A DNA stretch of 64,000 nt from Phoronis australis (Eukaryota; Animalia; Phoronida). The DNA lies in contig NMRA01000019.1 of the NCBI GenBank assembly GCA_002633005.1, positions 400,057-464,056 on the forward strand, read 5' to 3'. Numbering within the stretch: the stretch's first letter is position 1; every line of letters starts with the position of its first letter. Shown here in pieces: positions 24,128 to 35,799 of this stretch. The notes beneath the pieces were generated by a model. It was given only the letters and a program-made list of their open reading frames with translations, did not search any database and had not been told where the DNA came from. Both the position numbers and the translations under genes were made by a program.

Positions 24128-27100
24128 ATAGTCCCAGCTCTCATATCTTTCACCTCCGTGGCAATTTTCTGGGGGCAACGGGAACTTTGCATTAAACCCA
24201 TCTACAGATGTTCAAAAGTCAATTTCAAAAAAGTTTCCAAGAATACACTTGAGTGCACGTTTAGTAAGAATTTTAGTTTAAAAGTTGGAAAAATATAACC
24301 TCAACTAATATGTTAGCGACCAGGTGTCAGTGCAAAATGATAAGAACAGCCAATCAAATGCCAAGAAATTATTGTGTCCATACCTTTCCCCTTCAAAAGT
24401 CGTCTGCTTGCCATGAAAACCTTCATCAGAGGACAGTCAGCTGATGTTTTCCTGCTGGCTTAGCTAGCTTGTTTTCTGCTACTGACTACATTGGATAGTA
24501 TTAATTTTTGGATGGGTGTGCAAGTAATAGGCAATTACCAAGGGCCAAGGCTGAAAAACCAGCAGGCAGCAGTTAGGAATTGAGGAAAGCCAAATCAAGT
24601 GGCCACGAGTGTCATTGCACTGAAACAATTCTTAATCTTGGCAAATTCCTGAATCATTTTCTGTTTCGCAAAGAACAGTTTTGGGACAGCTAAGACTCTG
24701 CTGAAACCATGAATTATTGAACGAGTGTGCGACTTCACAATAGAATGGCAAGATGTCTGTCCCCTGTTGCATTCATGTGTCACCTTCTGCTCAAATTTCC
24801 TAGCTGGAATTTTCCGATATTATGTAATGTAAGGCTACTACAAACGAACGTATCAACATTGAATGTAATAGAAGTATCATTGCTGATAAGTTTTTAAGTG
24901 TTTGTGGAAAAACAGAGCTCTTGTCATGCGTGCATGTGGGGGGCTCGGGGGCTTGAATGAGCCTCCCCCATTTGGCACAGTGGGTAAAAAGGTTTGCCTC
25001 AGAGAAACAAAAACTCCGTAGAAAGTGATACAAAAGTCCACTAAAAAGGTAGGAACTACCAAAATTCGACGCAAAATTCGTATTTCTGAAGTACCCCATG
25101 AATCTTAATAAATGTCCACATTCTAAAAAACTCGAGCACCCCTATTTTTAGGCTTGGTGTGTGCATGCTTCTATCACAAGCAGTGTTACAGACACTTAAA
25201 GGATGCAACAAAAATTGAAAGAGCTCTTTAAAAAGAAAAAGACCAAGCTGATGATGGAAATAATGTTGAGCCCACTAGAAAATTAACGGCCAAATCACAA
25301 TCAAGGTCCATATTCAGTGGCCACTTTTGGTGAAAAATGGAGGTTGTCATATAACTGTAAAAGCTGGGTTATTTTCAAGTACCATCTAAGATATTTTTGA
25401 ATAGAACCACCGAATAAAATTTTATGGCCTAATGCATCACAGTTGTATAAGAGGTTACGCATACTACAACTTGTGGTCACAACCCACTTCTACCATGCAA
25501 AAATTCATAAGATAGCTGTTATTTTAATAAGTTTTTGATTAAATTGAAGAGGTATCACATACTAAAATAAGAAAAGTATTACCGTGCTGATCAAGTTGTT
25601 CAAGATGATGATACATTGCATATCTTAACACAGTATAATTGAGAACTTCCTTCTCTTGCAATGTGATTCTTACAAAAAGAAAATGACAAGTAACTACTTT
25701 TCCAAAAACTTTATTGGTGCTATTATAGTTTTTAATACGTTCACCAGTTGGTCAAAATAATTAAAGCAATGCTAGGCCCAGTGTTCCACATGTAAACAGT
25801 AAAAATGGTACTGGTTGGGGGGTAGGTACACTACGCAGTCAATCAACGTCAAATTTTGACTAAATTACAAATGTATGGGATGGTCTCGAGTTTTGTGCTG
25901 CCTCTACTTGTTGGTTTGTTGGCAAGTTGAAGTTGTCTTGAGAGATAGAGAACCTGCCTCTGCAACATCAGTTGTCACATGACGTGTCTTCTAGGATTTT
26001 CAGTACTAGCGAAGTCCTGTGTGGTATCAAGTTGTTGTCCACAAATTTGATAATGTCCATTGTTTTTTGTCAGACTGTATTCATTTTTGGAAATATCAGT
26101 ATTGTTCATGGGAACATTAGCTGTATGTAAAAGTTCTTGTGTGCAATACTTTATACCACAGAGGTTGAAGGTACGTACACTACACGGGTACGTACACTAC
26201 ACAGGGGTACGTACACTACACAGGGGTACGTACACTACACAGGGGTACGTACACTACACAGGGGTACGTACACTACACAGGGGTACGTACACTACACAGG
26301 GGTACGTACACTACATTTCAATGACAGGTCAGGTTTGTAACTAAATACTAAGAATCTACTGAGAGTTAGTTGATTTACTAAATCAATTCAAAGAGGAAAA
26401 TAAAAAGCACAGCATTCATGTGCATATCTGCCATACTTTGAAAATAGGCACAAATTAAAATATGGGGGTACATACCCTACACAAATGCTAATATTTCACT
26501 CAAAACAAATGTATTGGCAATAAACACTCTTTTAACCTAACATTTTTAAGGAAGAAAACTGTCTATTACCAATGTTGCTCACTAATACCAAGTGATATTT
26601 CAATTTCATGGCATTTGTAAACATGGGGGTACGTACACTACGAAAGGGGGTACGTACACTACATCAGTGTTTCTGCATCACATGGTAACATAATGTTGTA
26701 TGGTCATTTATTTTTCTTTGGTGATAATAAGTACCATTTTGTTATTTAAAAGGCAATAATTTCATTTGCAATGAACGTTTGTATTACTGAATTCCACATG
26801 GGGGTACGTACACTATATTTTGTTAGCCTTTTTGGCCCATTTTCAACGTAGCAGAACCCATTCAATATCCAAACTTTTGGTTTGTTTAGGTATTGAATAA
26901 TTATTGCTGTGTTGCCTAGGCTGACATATTTTGCAGTTTTTTTTCGTTACAGAGTGTGAACTTTAGTTTTTAACCTTCTTCACAGTAGGTGAGGGTTAGA
27001 AACGCAGAATTTACAAATTTAGTAACGAGTGCCTGTTTTATGATGAACCCTACCATTTCTCAATGATTAAGCACAACTTCATCTAATTGACTCTGAAAGT

Positions 27101-29578
27101 GACTCAAGTTATTCCCAGTCACATCTAAGCAATTGATTGCTTGATAAAATAAATTTCTTTTCTACTCTTGACAGTTGAAAACTGTTATTTTAAAAATGGA
27201 CACTCGTAATGCTAAAAATGCATGAAATTCAGAGACAAAAACATGCATAAATTTCTCAAATATTGTCAGATTTTGACGATTCTTTTTTTAATTTGCACAA
27301 CTAAATAATTCTTTGCATAATGAGATTCAGTTGGCATCTGGTAAGTGACCAAAAAAATTATTTTAGATCGTAACATTATCAACTCTCGAATATGGACCTT
27401 GATTGTGATTTAGCCGTAAGGAGATTGTCACTCTCAGTTACATGTGCATTTAACAGTGCTCAAAGAAACATACTGTATATGTCTTGCCATCACAACGAAC
27501 CATTTGCCACAAATCAAATTTCATTACAGGGAACTTCACAAACAAAAGAAAAGTTAAAACCTATCCCAGTTCCAAACATTGAATTGTAAATACGCCTACC
27601 TATTCTTAATTTGAAAAAGTGTCATTCATGGTAAATAATCTTTAGTTTAGGTCACAGAACAAAAATTATCTTGCTTGATAAATTTGTAGTAATAGTGGTC
27701 TCAATTCTCAAATGTACTGGCAGCAGTTTTTACCTACATGTGAGTGATCAGCACTGCTCTTTATGAGCCTATTTTGAGATCCTTTTACCGGTATGTAAAA
27801 TCATGAGAGGTGTTTGGAATTTGAGAAATATAAAAAAGAAAATATTGCCTGTGTTCTGTAATTTATTTATCTTGAAAATTCAAATGTTGCGCAAATGTCA
27901 GTATCTCACATTTTGAAGATTCTTGAATTGAAGTTTTTAGCAAAAGGAAAATTTTTACTTTTCCATTTATGTGCTATTTAAAACAGGAAGCGTCAAATGA
28001 AATTTTAGCTCTATTGTTAAAGAAGACGCTTTTCAATTTCAAACAAAAACTATTGCCAACATGACCATTCCTATATTTTTCAAAGGCTGAACTACTGTAT
28101 TAAGGATGATAAAAATGTTTCTATGTTTTAAATTGTTTGAAGGCAGCTGCACAATGCTATCAATGCTAGTAATCATGCTCATTTCTCTTAATGCTTATTT
28201 TTGCTGAGCACTTAGACAAAATGAAATTTCAGTTGTTGGCCATACTGTGTGCTAAAGTGAAGATTATTTTGGTGATCTATAAATAGGATTACTGTAACAA
28301 GGTGTTTAGATGAAACGATATTCATATTGTCAAAACTTTTTATTTTGGTTAGGGTGCATGCTTGATTTTTTTTTAACTTTGTCTTTGCTATTAAAGTTGG
28401 GCTCAAAATTTGTGTTTCCTGGTTAACTAATGGAAGACATTGAACCATTTGTATGCAAGCTGTACGGCGAGTCAAGACAACAGTTAATAAAGCACGCTAC
28501 CACATATTCAGGTTGAGATCTGTGATCTGTCTCCTCATCATGATTGTTTGCTGCTACATGCTAAAAGAGCAAACTACCAGTGTGCCATTCACAAACGAGC
28601 CTTGCAACACCTGATGTCAGTGCACCATCTCCATTTGCTAATGGGTGGCTTTTAGAGCGGGGTAGTCTCAGTGAGGCTCCACTGGATGACTCTGTCTTTA
28701 GTCCCAGAAAATGCCGTGAAAAATGTTAATGGCAAGTGTAAGAGAAGTGGTTGTAGTAAAAAAAATGTGCTCTTGTTTGGAGTCGGGCATGCCATGTTCT
28801 AAGTTGTGTGTCTGTCCAGACTCAGTGTCTGAACACGGTGTCTCAGTCAAAAAACAACTTTTGATGACAATAATGATGATATAAATGATGATGGAGTGGG
28901 TGAAGAAACATAATAAGTGTATGTTATGTTGTTAAAGAACTTTAAATTTTCAACTTAATGGAAAATATGGACAACATTTTATCATGCTCATGACTGACAC
29001 TGCTCGGTGTGTCGTTCCTGTGGCCGTTGACAGTGAATTGCATTGTGGGATAATGTTAATTATGACAGTTAATGAAATTGATGACAGAAAATTTGTTGCA
29101 GAAGCATTGGAAATGTATGGTGTTCACATGTAGGTTGTGATGTCAAAACTTTATCAAGTTCCAAATGGTTAACTGTATAGTTCTTTTTGCAGGAGTTCAG
29201 AATACAGTAGTATGTTTTCTGGCCAACAGGAAGCACTGCTAAAATTTGACTTTTTCTCTTTTGAACAATTTTCCGCCTAATGTCATAATATTTATCACTT
29301 TCCTTGTTCAATAACTTCAAATGAACAAAACCCAATCCGATTATCATTCAGTTTTTGTCTAGTGTTGTTGGTTTTTGAAGATTGGTTTTCTGTGTGAAAT
29401 TTTGCAAAAAGTCAGATTTTTTAGGTCAAATTTCTCGAAAACGTGCAAGTCAAACCTTGGGAACTTTTTAGATTCTTTAAGTATAGTACTTAATGACTTT
29501 AAAAACACCAAAATTATCTTGCCCCAAAAAGTAGCTACGGAAGTGATTTTCTAGACTTCCTAGAGTCGAATGGACTAT
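24128..29578 (+). mobile_element. Degenerate Academ DNA transposon
   Basis: Termini ATAGTCC / GGACTAT with GGCC on both flanks. About 28470-28830 encodes a broken Academ-type transposase C-terminus (VNKARYHIF, LLHAKRANYQCAIH, PSPFANGW, WMT, CKRSGC, GMPCSKLCVC). Confidence 0.75.
26170..26315. repeat. 19-bp minisatellite GGGGTACGTACACTACACA, about 8 copies, with dispersed single copies nearby
   Basis: Near-identical tandem units; single or double copies at about 25820, 26465, 26626-26663 and 26801. Confidence 0.95.
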
Positions 29579-29584
29579 GGCCTA

Positions 29585-29733
29585 GAGGTTACATTGACCA
29601 ATGCTACTAAAGCGCGTGCCGCTGCGTCGTGGTAATTGCATGCTGGCTAGGCAAGTAGCGAGCTACGTGCCTAGCCAGCATGCAATTACCACGACGCAGC
29701 GGCACGCGCTTTAGCATTGGTTGGTGTAACCTC
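29585..29733. repeat. Long near-perfect palindrome (arms about 73 bp, 2-nt spacer)
   Basis: ...GCGCGTGCCGCTGCGTCGTGGTAATTGCATGCTGGCTAGGCAAGTAGC-GA-GCTACGTGCCTAGCCAGCATGCAATTACCACGACGCAGCGGCACGCGC... Confidence 0.95.
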
Positions 29734-32700
29734 AGCAGTCATTGGTTAGCTTTACAACACGGTGAAGAAATGGCGGACTGTGAACAGAGTGGCGTCACAG
29801 CAAATTTTGTTTCTGCAATGATCTGTTTAGTAGCGGTGTGCTTGAAGCACACACGTGTACAATAAAAACATCTCTGGCCGATTTAACCGGTGTGTTATTC
29901 ATACTGTATGAATACAGGGCAGTATCGTAAATAAAAGAACAATTTAAAGTGGCATGGACCGCGAAAAGTCGTGAAAAATACGTTTTAAACGATCCCTAAC
30001 CAAAGCACCTTCCTTCAACCTTTACTACAAAGTTATTCACTTCCCCCTGAGAAAGAATTTTCAGAAAAAATGACCCAATTCATGGTTTTTGAAAGAAGTA
30101 CGAAGAAAAGCTTGTATGGTAACCACCTATAACTGCCTATCTTCCTTTCACTTATTAGAAATGCGCGCATGCGCTCAGTCATTCGACAAACGAACAGCTG
30201 ATTCAGTGTCAAGAGTGTTGTGGACTGGAGTGAATACTTTTGCCACCCAATGGGCTTTATACCTCGTTCCGTGTATTTTGTGCCTACCTCTACGATTCTT
30301 CATGATTGGACCATTACTTGAGATTTGATCATGCTGATCTGCAGTGGACTATTATTCATTTACACTACGTGTCAGAGAACGTTGCTGCGCTAATAATCGC
30401 TGACGCAGTTTTGCAAGACAATACGAGACAAGATGTCGGACAGTGGAAAGCTGGGCAAGAAAATGGGGCGTTCGTCTAAGCTAACCGACTCAGTTAGAAT
30501 GAGAAGAAGGCAAGACTTGCAGCTGAAAGTTAATAAACGACGCATTTATCTGGGTACAGAGCACTGCCGCTGGGAATCTCTTAGAAGTGAGCTATCCGTC
30601 ACTAATTCCGAGCTGGCCAAACGATAGCTTGATCATGCGTAAGTACTTATTCGGCCCTGCATACTTCGGTAGTTATCGGGACATTGCGCGGCCCCAGCTT
30701 ATTAAAATCACCTCGATCCAATAAAGTAATGGTCCGAGAACTCACTGAGAAAGTGAAGAGCGTGAAAGTTAAACTGTCGCACATAATATTCACCGAATTG
30801 CATGTCTGTTGACATTCAAGCTAAGCGGCTAAGCCTATACTTGTGGCTAAGCCTATGACCTACTTATAACATATACATGTATTGACGACTTGTTTAGTTG
30901 TTTGCAGTTGATAATTCTTGAAACACTAAGATAAGTTGCAAAGCATTATTACTTTGAGATAGTACCACCGTCTCAACTGACTGCAGTAGAGATAGCAGTT
31001 GTCCAATAGGCCCTCCACCAGTTGGAAGTTTTTTGGCGAATTGTGCCATATTGATTAAACCATCAAAGTCATGTTGCTGCAACGAACTTTTGCAGATAGG
31101 GGGATACCTTAGGGGAATGGTAATGTCTTAAACTCTTCCCAGCTCGGTCAAATACGAACGGGCATTAGGAGTCAATTTTCTGTCCTTCGTTACGGTAACA
31201 AAATCAGGGACTGACCATTTTTGGGAAACTGGCCCAATTCCGTATTGATTGAATCATTGCTGTAGCGTTTTGAAATCACATTGAGATCGACCTCCATGAC
31301 AGAGTAAATCAATCATTAAAGCACTACACTGGTGATCACCAGAGTGTGCTAGTGCTTGAAACTTGGCCGCAAGGGTTGTACCACTCATACCTGTGCAAAA
31401 TGATATTGTAGATGAACAAAGAAACGAATCAGAAAGAAATCTTGATTACCAAAGTATTTATTCAAGTTGGAAGGAATTAAAGACATCGACAGCCTCCTAA
31501 GGTGACCATGTCTATGTTATAAAGGTACTTAAGGCAGCATGACTTTGATGGTTTAGTTTGTGCGAGGTACGAGTTGCCAAAAGCCTTCTTGCTGCCCCTG
31601 GAACCCCCTGTGCCACCAGTTATGGCCCAGTTCAGACAGCAATTCTGTTTTAGTGGCAAGCTGTGCATTTTGCCAGATTGAGTACTTGCAAAGTAGGTAC
31701 AAAGTCATGTCTCATGGATTTGTAGCCTTGTTATCTTGTTGTACCTTATTTGCAGACCTATGTATATTGACATTAAGTGGTATTATGATCAGAGATCAAG
31801 AGGCCTACCTTCTTCAAAGATATTATGTGAGATCTGGAAGAAAATCCACTGCTAAAACCCCATTAGTCAAAATTTCGCTGCCCTACAAAGGTTAACAAAG
31901 TAAAAGCACAAATGTTCGTTGATCAATTTTCAAAATTCAAAAATACATTAACTGAGGATAATTTTTGGTAACAAATTCCAATTCGCAACAAGAAATTTAG
32001 TAATGAATTGCACTCACATTTTTTGTGATGGTTATTCATGTAGTTTGGTTGTTATTATGGCGGCGAATTGTAACACCTGTATGCTTTGACATCTGTACCT
32101 GTAGTTAATAACTAGGTTATTGTAATTTCATTTTTGCACTGTAGGTATGAAGTGTCACAAAGTGAAAGATTTTCAACAATGTCTAGACAAGTCCACAGAG
32201 TCAGAACCTAAAGCCGTATCAGCAACACCTGAAACTCCGCAGTTTGTTCAAAGGTATTCTAGAAATTATTTTTTCAGTGAAAGCATATTGTCTACATCTT
32301 CACCTACTAGTATTCGTGTCTACGACAATACATGACATGGAAAATTGCATTTGTTGAAAACTCCAAGTCAGTTTTTTGTGAGGGTTACTAATTTAAATCA
32401 AATCATTCCAGCTTGCCAGTGTTAGAAATATTACTGAGCTTGCACTCATTAAGCCTTGGGATGTCAAGAGTGAAAATGTAAAAGCCGTAGGCTCATTTGA
32501 CCATGTCTCTCACAATTATGAGCTTCTAAACTGTACCAATTGAAATATCCCTGTTTAACGAGAACAAGGCAATCAAACATGCAAACTTCGATTCATATGT
32601 ACGAACCATTATTCATAATAACACTTGAATCGTAGATACAAACCATATCAAATGTATGAACAAAAATTCATGCATGTAAACCAACTTGAAAGAAACAGAT

Positions 32701-33189
32701 AAAACAAAAAACAGGGTTATGAAGTAATATCACATAATTACGTAAACATTTTCTAGTGATGGTGGTCATCATTCGTTTTCCCAAGGAGTCTAGCACTAAG
32801 CAAAATGGCAACATAAAATGTATCTGTAGAAGAACTATGTTCTTACATGTTATTTGTATATCTGATTAGTTATTTTGTGTGCATGACTGTCCGTTTGTAC
32901 ACATCATGTTGTGGTTCGTATGTATAAATGAAGTGTTCTTCCAAATGATGCAGTGTTTTGTGCTTATGACTCAAAGTCTGTATGTATGACTGCCTGGCAC
33001 CCTCGATTAGTTGCTGACAAATGTTGAACTCGTGGTAACTTTCTTTATCACCTAAATGTGATTATGGCAATGGTATATTTTCAGTGGGCTTGAGCTTTCT
33101 GGAATCGATGCAATTGATTCTGTCTGTGACGACGAAGCCTTGATGTTTGTATCCAGGCCATTCATTACAAAGGTGATGTGAAAGTACTG

Positions 33190-33413
33190 GAGTCTGTTCC
33201 AAGAAATTGACAAGATCATTTTTTACTTAAGTCTAAGATTTGACTTTAACTTCCAAACTTTGAAACTTCCAATTTTGGTAAGTTAAGACAAAACTTATGT
33301 CAAACACTTTCTTGGATTTCTTGAATTGGTTTTGAGACAAATTTAACTTTATTTTAAAATTTACTAAAAGTTGAAAATTGTCTTAGCTAAGCCAGTTCTG
33401 TTGGAACAGGCCC
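33190..33413. mobile_element. Harbinger-like MITE nested in the 8-kb Kolobok
   Basis: TIRs GAGTCTGTTCCAA / TTGGAACAGGCCC, CTG on both flanks. Confidence 0.6.
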
Positions 33414-35431
33414 CTGATCTTTAAAATTTGAGAGAACTAGTCAGTGCTCATGAATTATCTTGACAACAAACTATTTAGTGTTCTAACTGATGATTGAATT
33501 GTGAAATATTTTGTGCATATATTTTGCATGGTATATTCCAATAAAATGCATTTTTCTACATGTCTGGTATGGTCAGGAATGGTGTGCACAGGTTTCTCTT
33601 CTAAGCATGACTGAATTTTGCATACTCTGTTTACATGCACTGTATATATTTGTGATTTGCAAAGATGTAACTAAAACTAAATACATCAAAAAGGAGATGG
33701 GCAGCAGTTTTGGTGACCCTTTTGACTAAATACCACCTATTAGGTATGGTTTTATAGGTCATCCTGCAACTAATCTTGTCATATTTGTGTTTTTAACGTG
33801 ACACATTGGTATTCCCAATTTATTTGAATATAGTGTGGGCAGAGTTGAATTCACTGATTGCATTTGCACATACATGTCTTTGCACCGAATTAGACATTTT
33901 TTTTTTTTTTTTGAAGTTGATTGCTGTATAATTTAAAAGTTTATATTCAAAGGCAACGTTGGGATTTTGAGGAGTTTTTATCAGTAGCATAGACAATCCA
34001 TGAAATTTGAGACATCAAGTCATAAGTGTGTGTTCTGGATAGAATTTCCTAAATCTGTTTTCTGAGTTCTAAATATAGAGACCATGAGGTACATGGATTG
34101 TTTTTTTATCATAACTTAATCGTGGTTAGGCGATATGTGGTGAAATCCAATAAATACAGACTGACCAATGCTTTAAAAGAGAAACACTCCAACATTTTTG
34201 ACTCTCTATATTACAGGCTATTGATTGATGTTTCTGACGACCTAGCATGCGATGACCTGGACGATAACTGTAAGTGCAACATAACCATTGTGTACACATT
34301 TAAATTGTGAGTTATCCAATTTTTAATAAAAATGCATCATTATTGTTCAGTGCTGACAATGTTAATGTATTTATTGAAATATATCTTCTGCTGACGATTG
34401 GTCATAATAGCTCAGTGCATGGGCAGCAATGAATCTCAGGTTGGAAGCCCTGACAGGACAGAAATCCTTTCACAGTACTAACCATTAGGTCCTGCAAAAT
34501 GACTAAAGACGGCATCGTAAGGTGTCATCAAATGCTATATGTATAAAACATTTGAATTCTGAACGAACTGTATTTAACTGTTCTCCAGTGCACATAATGC
34601 GAGCCCTGTTATTTAGTAGTTCTTCAAGTGCGTTATGGGAGCTAGGTGTTGTGTCGTTTTTGAAATTCTAAAGGGCAAGATCATCACACTTTCTCTTGTT
34701 GCAGTCCAGAAAGTATCCTTGATGATGTGGATGTTAGCCATGTTGGATTTGGAGATGAAGAGTTTGGTGGGGACGAAGTTGCAGGAGATAGCATCAATAT
34801 GTACCGCTATGGAGACTATGATGACACGTTGTCTACAGGTTTCAGTGGTGTCCAGAGAATTCATGATGCAGCTGTTGCATACTCAGCTGTGGACGATAGC
34901 AAATTTATTGTTTTTATGACACCCTCCTTTCCCTTTCAAATCTCATCAGCGTGTCTTGCAAAGAATGAGTGATGTTCGGATTTCTTCTGTTAAAGGTTCA
35001 ACACTCTCTTTCTACCTCCTTCTCCGAAAGGTGTCGCACTTGCTCATTTGGTCATTGCATTTACTCTTCTCTGAAAATTAGGAGAGTTTTCACTAATTAT
35101 GGAAAGGAGATATTTATCCCATCTTGTATCCTTATAATTCATTTAGCTACAAGCTCAGCTCACTACTAGAAAAACTGAAACTTTATTGAAAAGTTGATGT
35201 CACAGCTTATTTTGCATCATTAGACAAATGATAACCACATGAAAATCTGTGTAAAATGTAATGGCTCCTTATTTCTTCAAGATGTAAAATGAGATAGAAA
35301 TTTAAATATTGGATATTCTATATATTTACAAGTCATAAATTATTCTCTGAACTAGAATTTTTGAGTTGTTTTTCCACGTGTTTGTTATTCATGATAAAGT
35401 ACCGGTACGTCATCTTGATAAGATGCATAAC

Positions 35432-35799
35432 CTTGCAGACCACGATGAGCTGGGGCCACTGAAGCTGGACCTAGAATAGCTGTAGCGACTGACTTCCATT
35501 TCCTTCCTGGCTCTCCCACATATTCTATGGAAATAAACAGGCCTTTTAAATTTCATATAGTCTCAAAGTTCATCAAAAGCCATGCCTAACATTGGGAGTA
35601 ATTTCCAAACCAAAGCAAATGCTTCAAACAGGACTGGTAATGTGTGGAAAAATTCTGTTTCTGAGAGCATTCCATTAGTGAGTTCTCAGCCCCAGTCTGT
35701 TAGTCTAAGCTCTTTTCACGTTTTACCCCATGGATAGGTGGGCGCAGGTTGTCACCAATCTGTTCCAATATTTTGATGCAATGGTAGACTGAACACTGG
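35432..35799 (-). pseudogene. Decayed exon of an unassigned antisense gene inside the 8-kb Kolobok
   Basis: About 120-codon frame interrupted only by four TGA codons (compatible with CGA->TGA decay), ending at an AG|GT site. Confidence 0.45.

Noticed and set aside
26170-26315. CRISPR-like array, and the TLHRGTYTTQGYVHY ORFs
   Set aside because: Units are contiguous with no unique spacers, there are no cas genes and the context is eukaryotic; the ORFs are by-products of the repeat.
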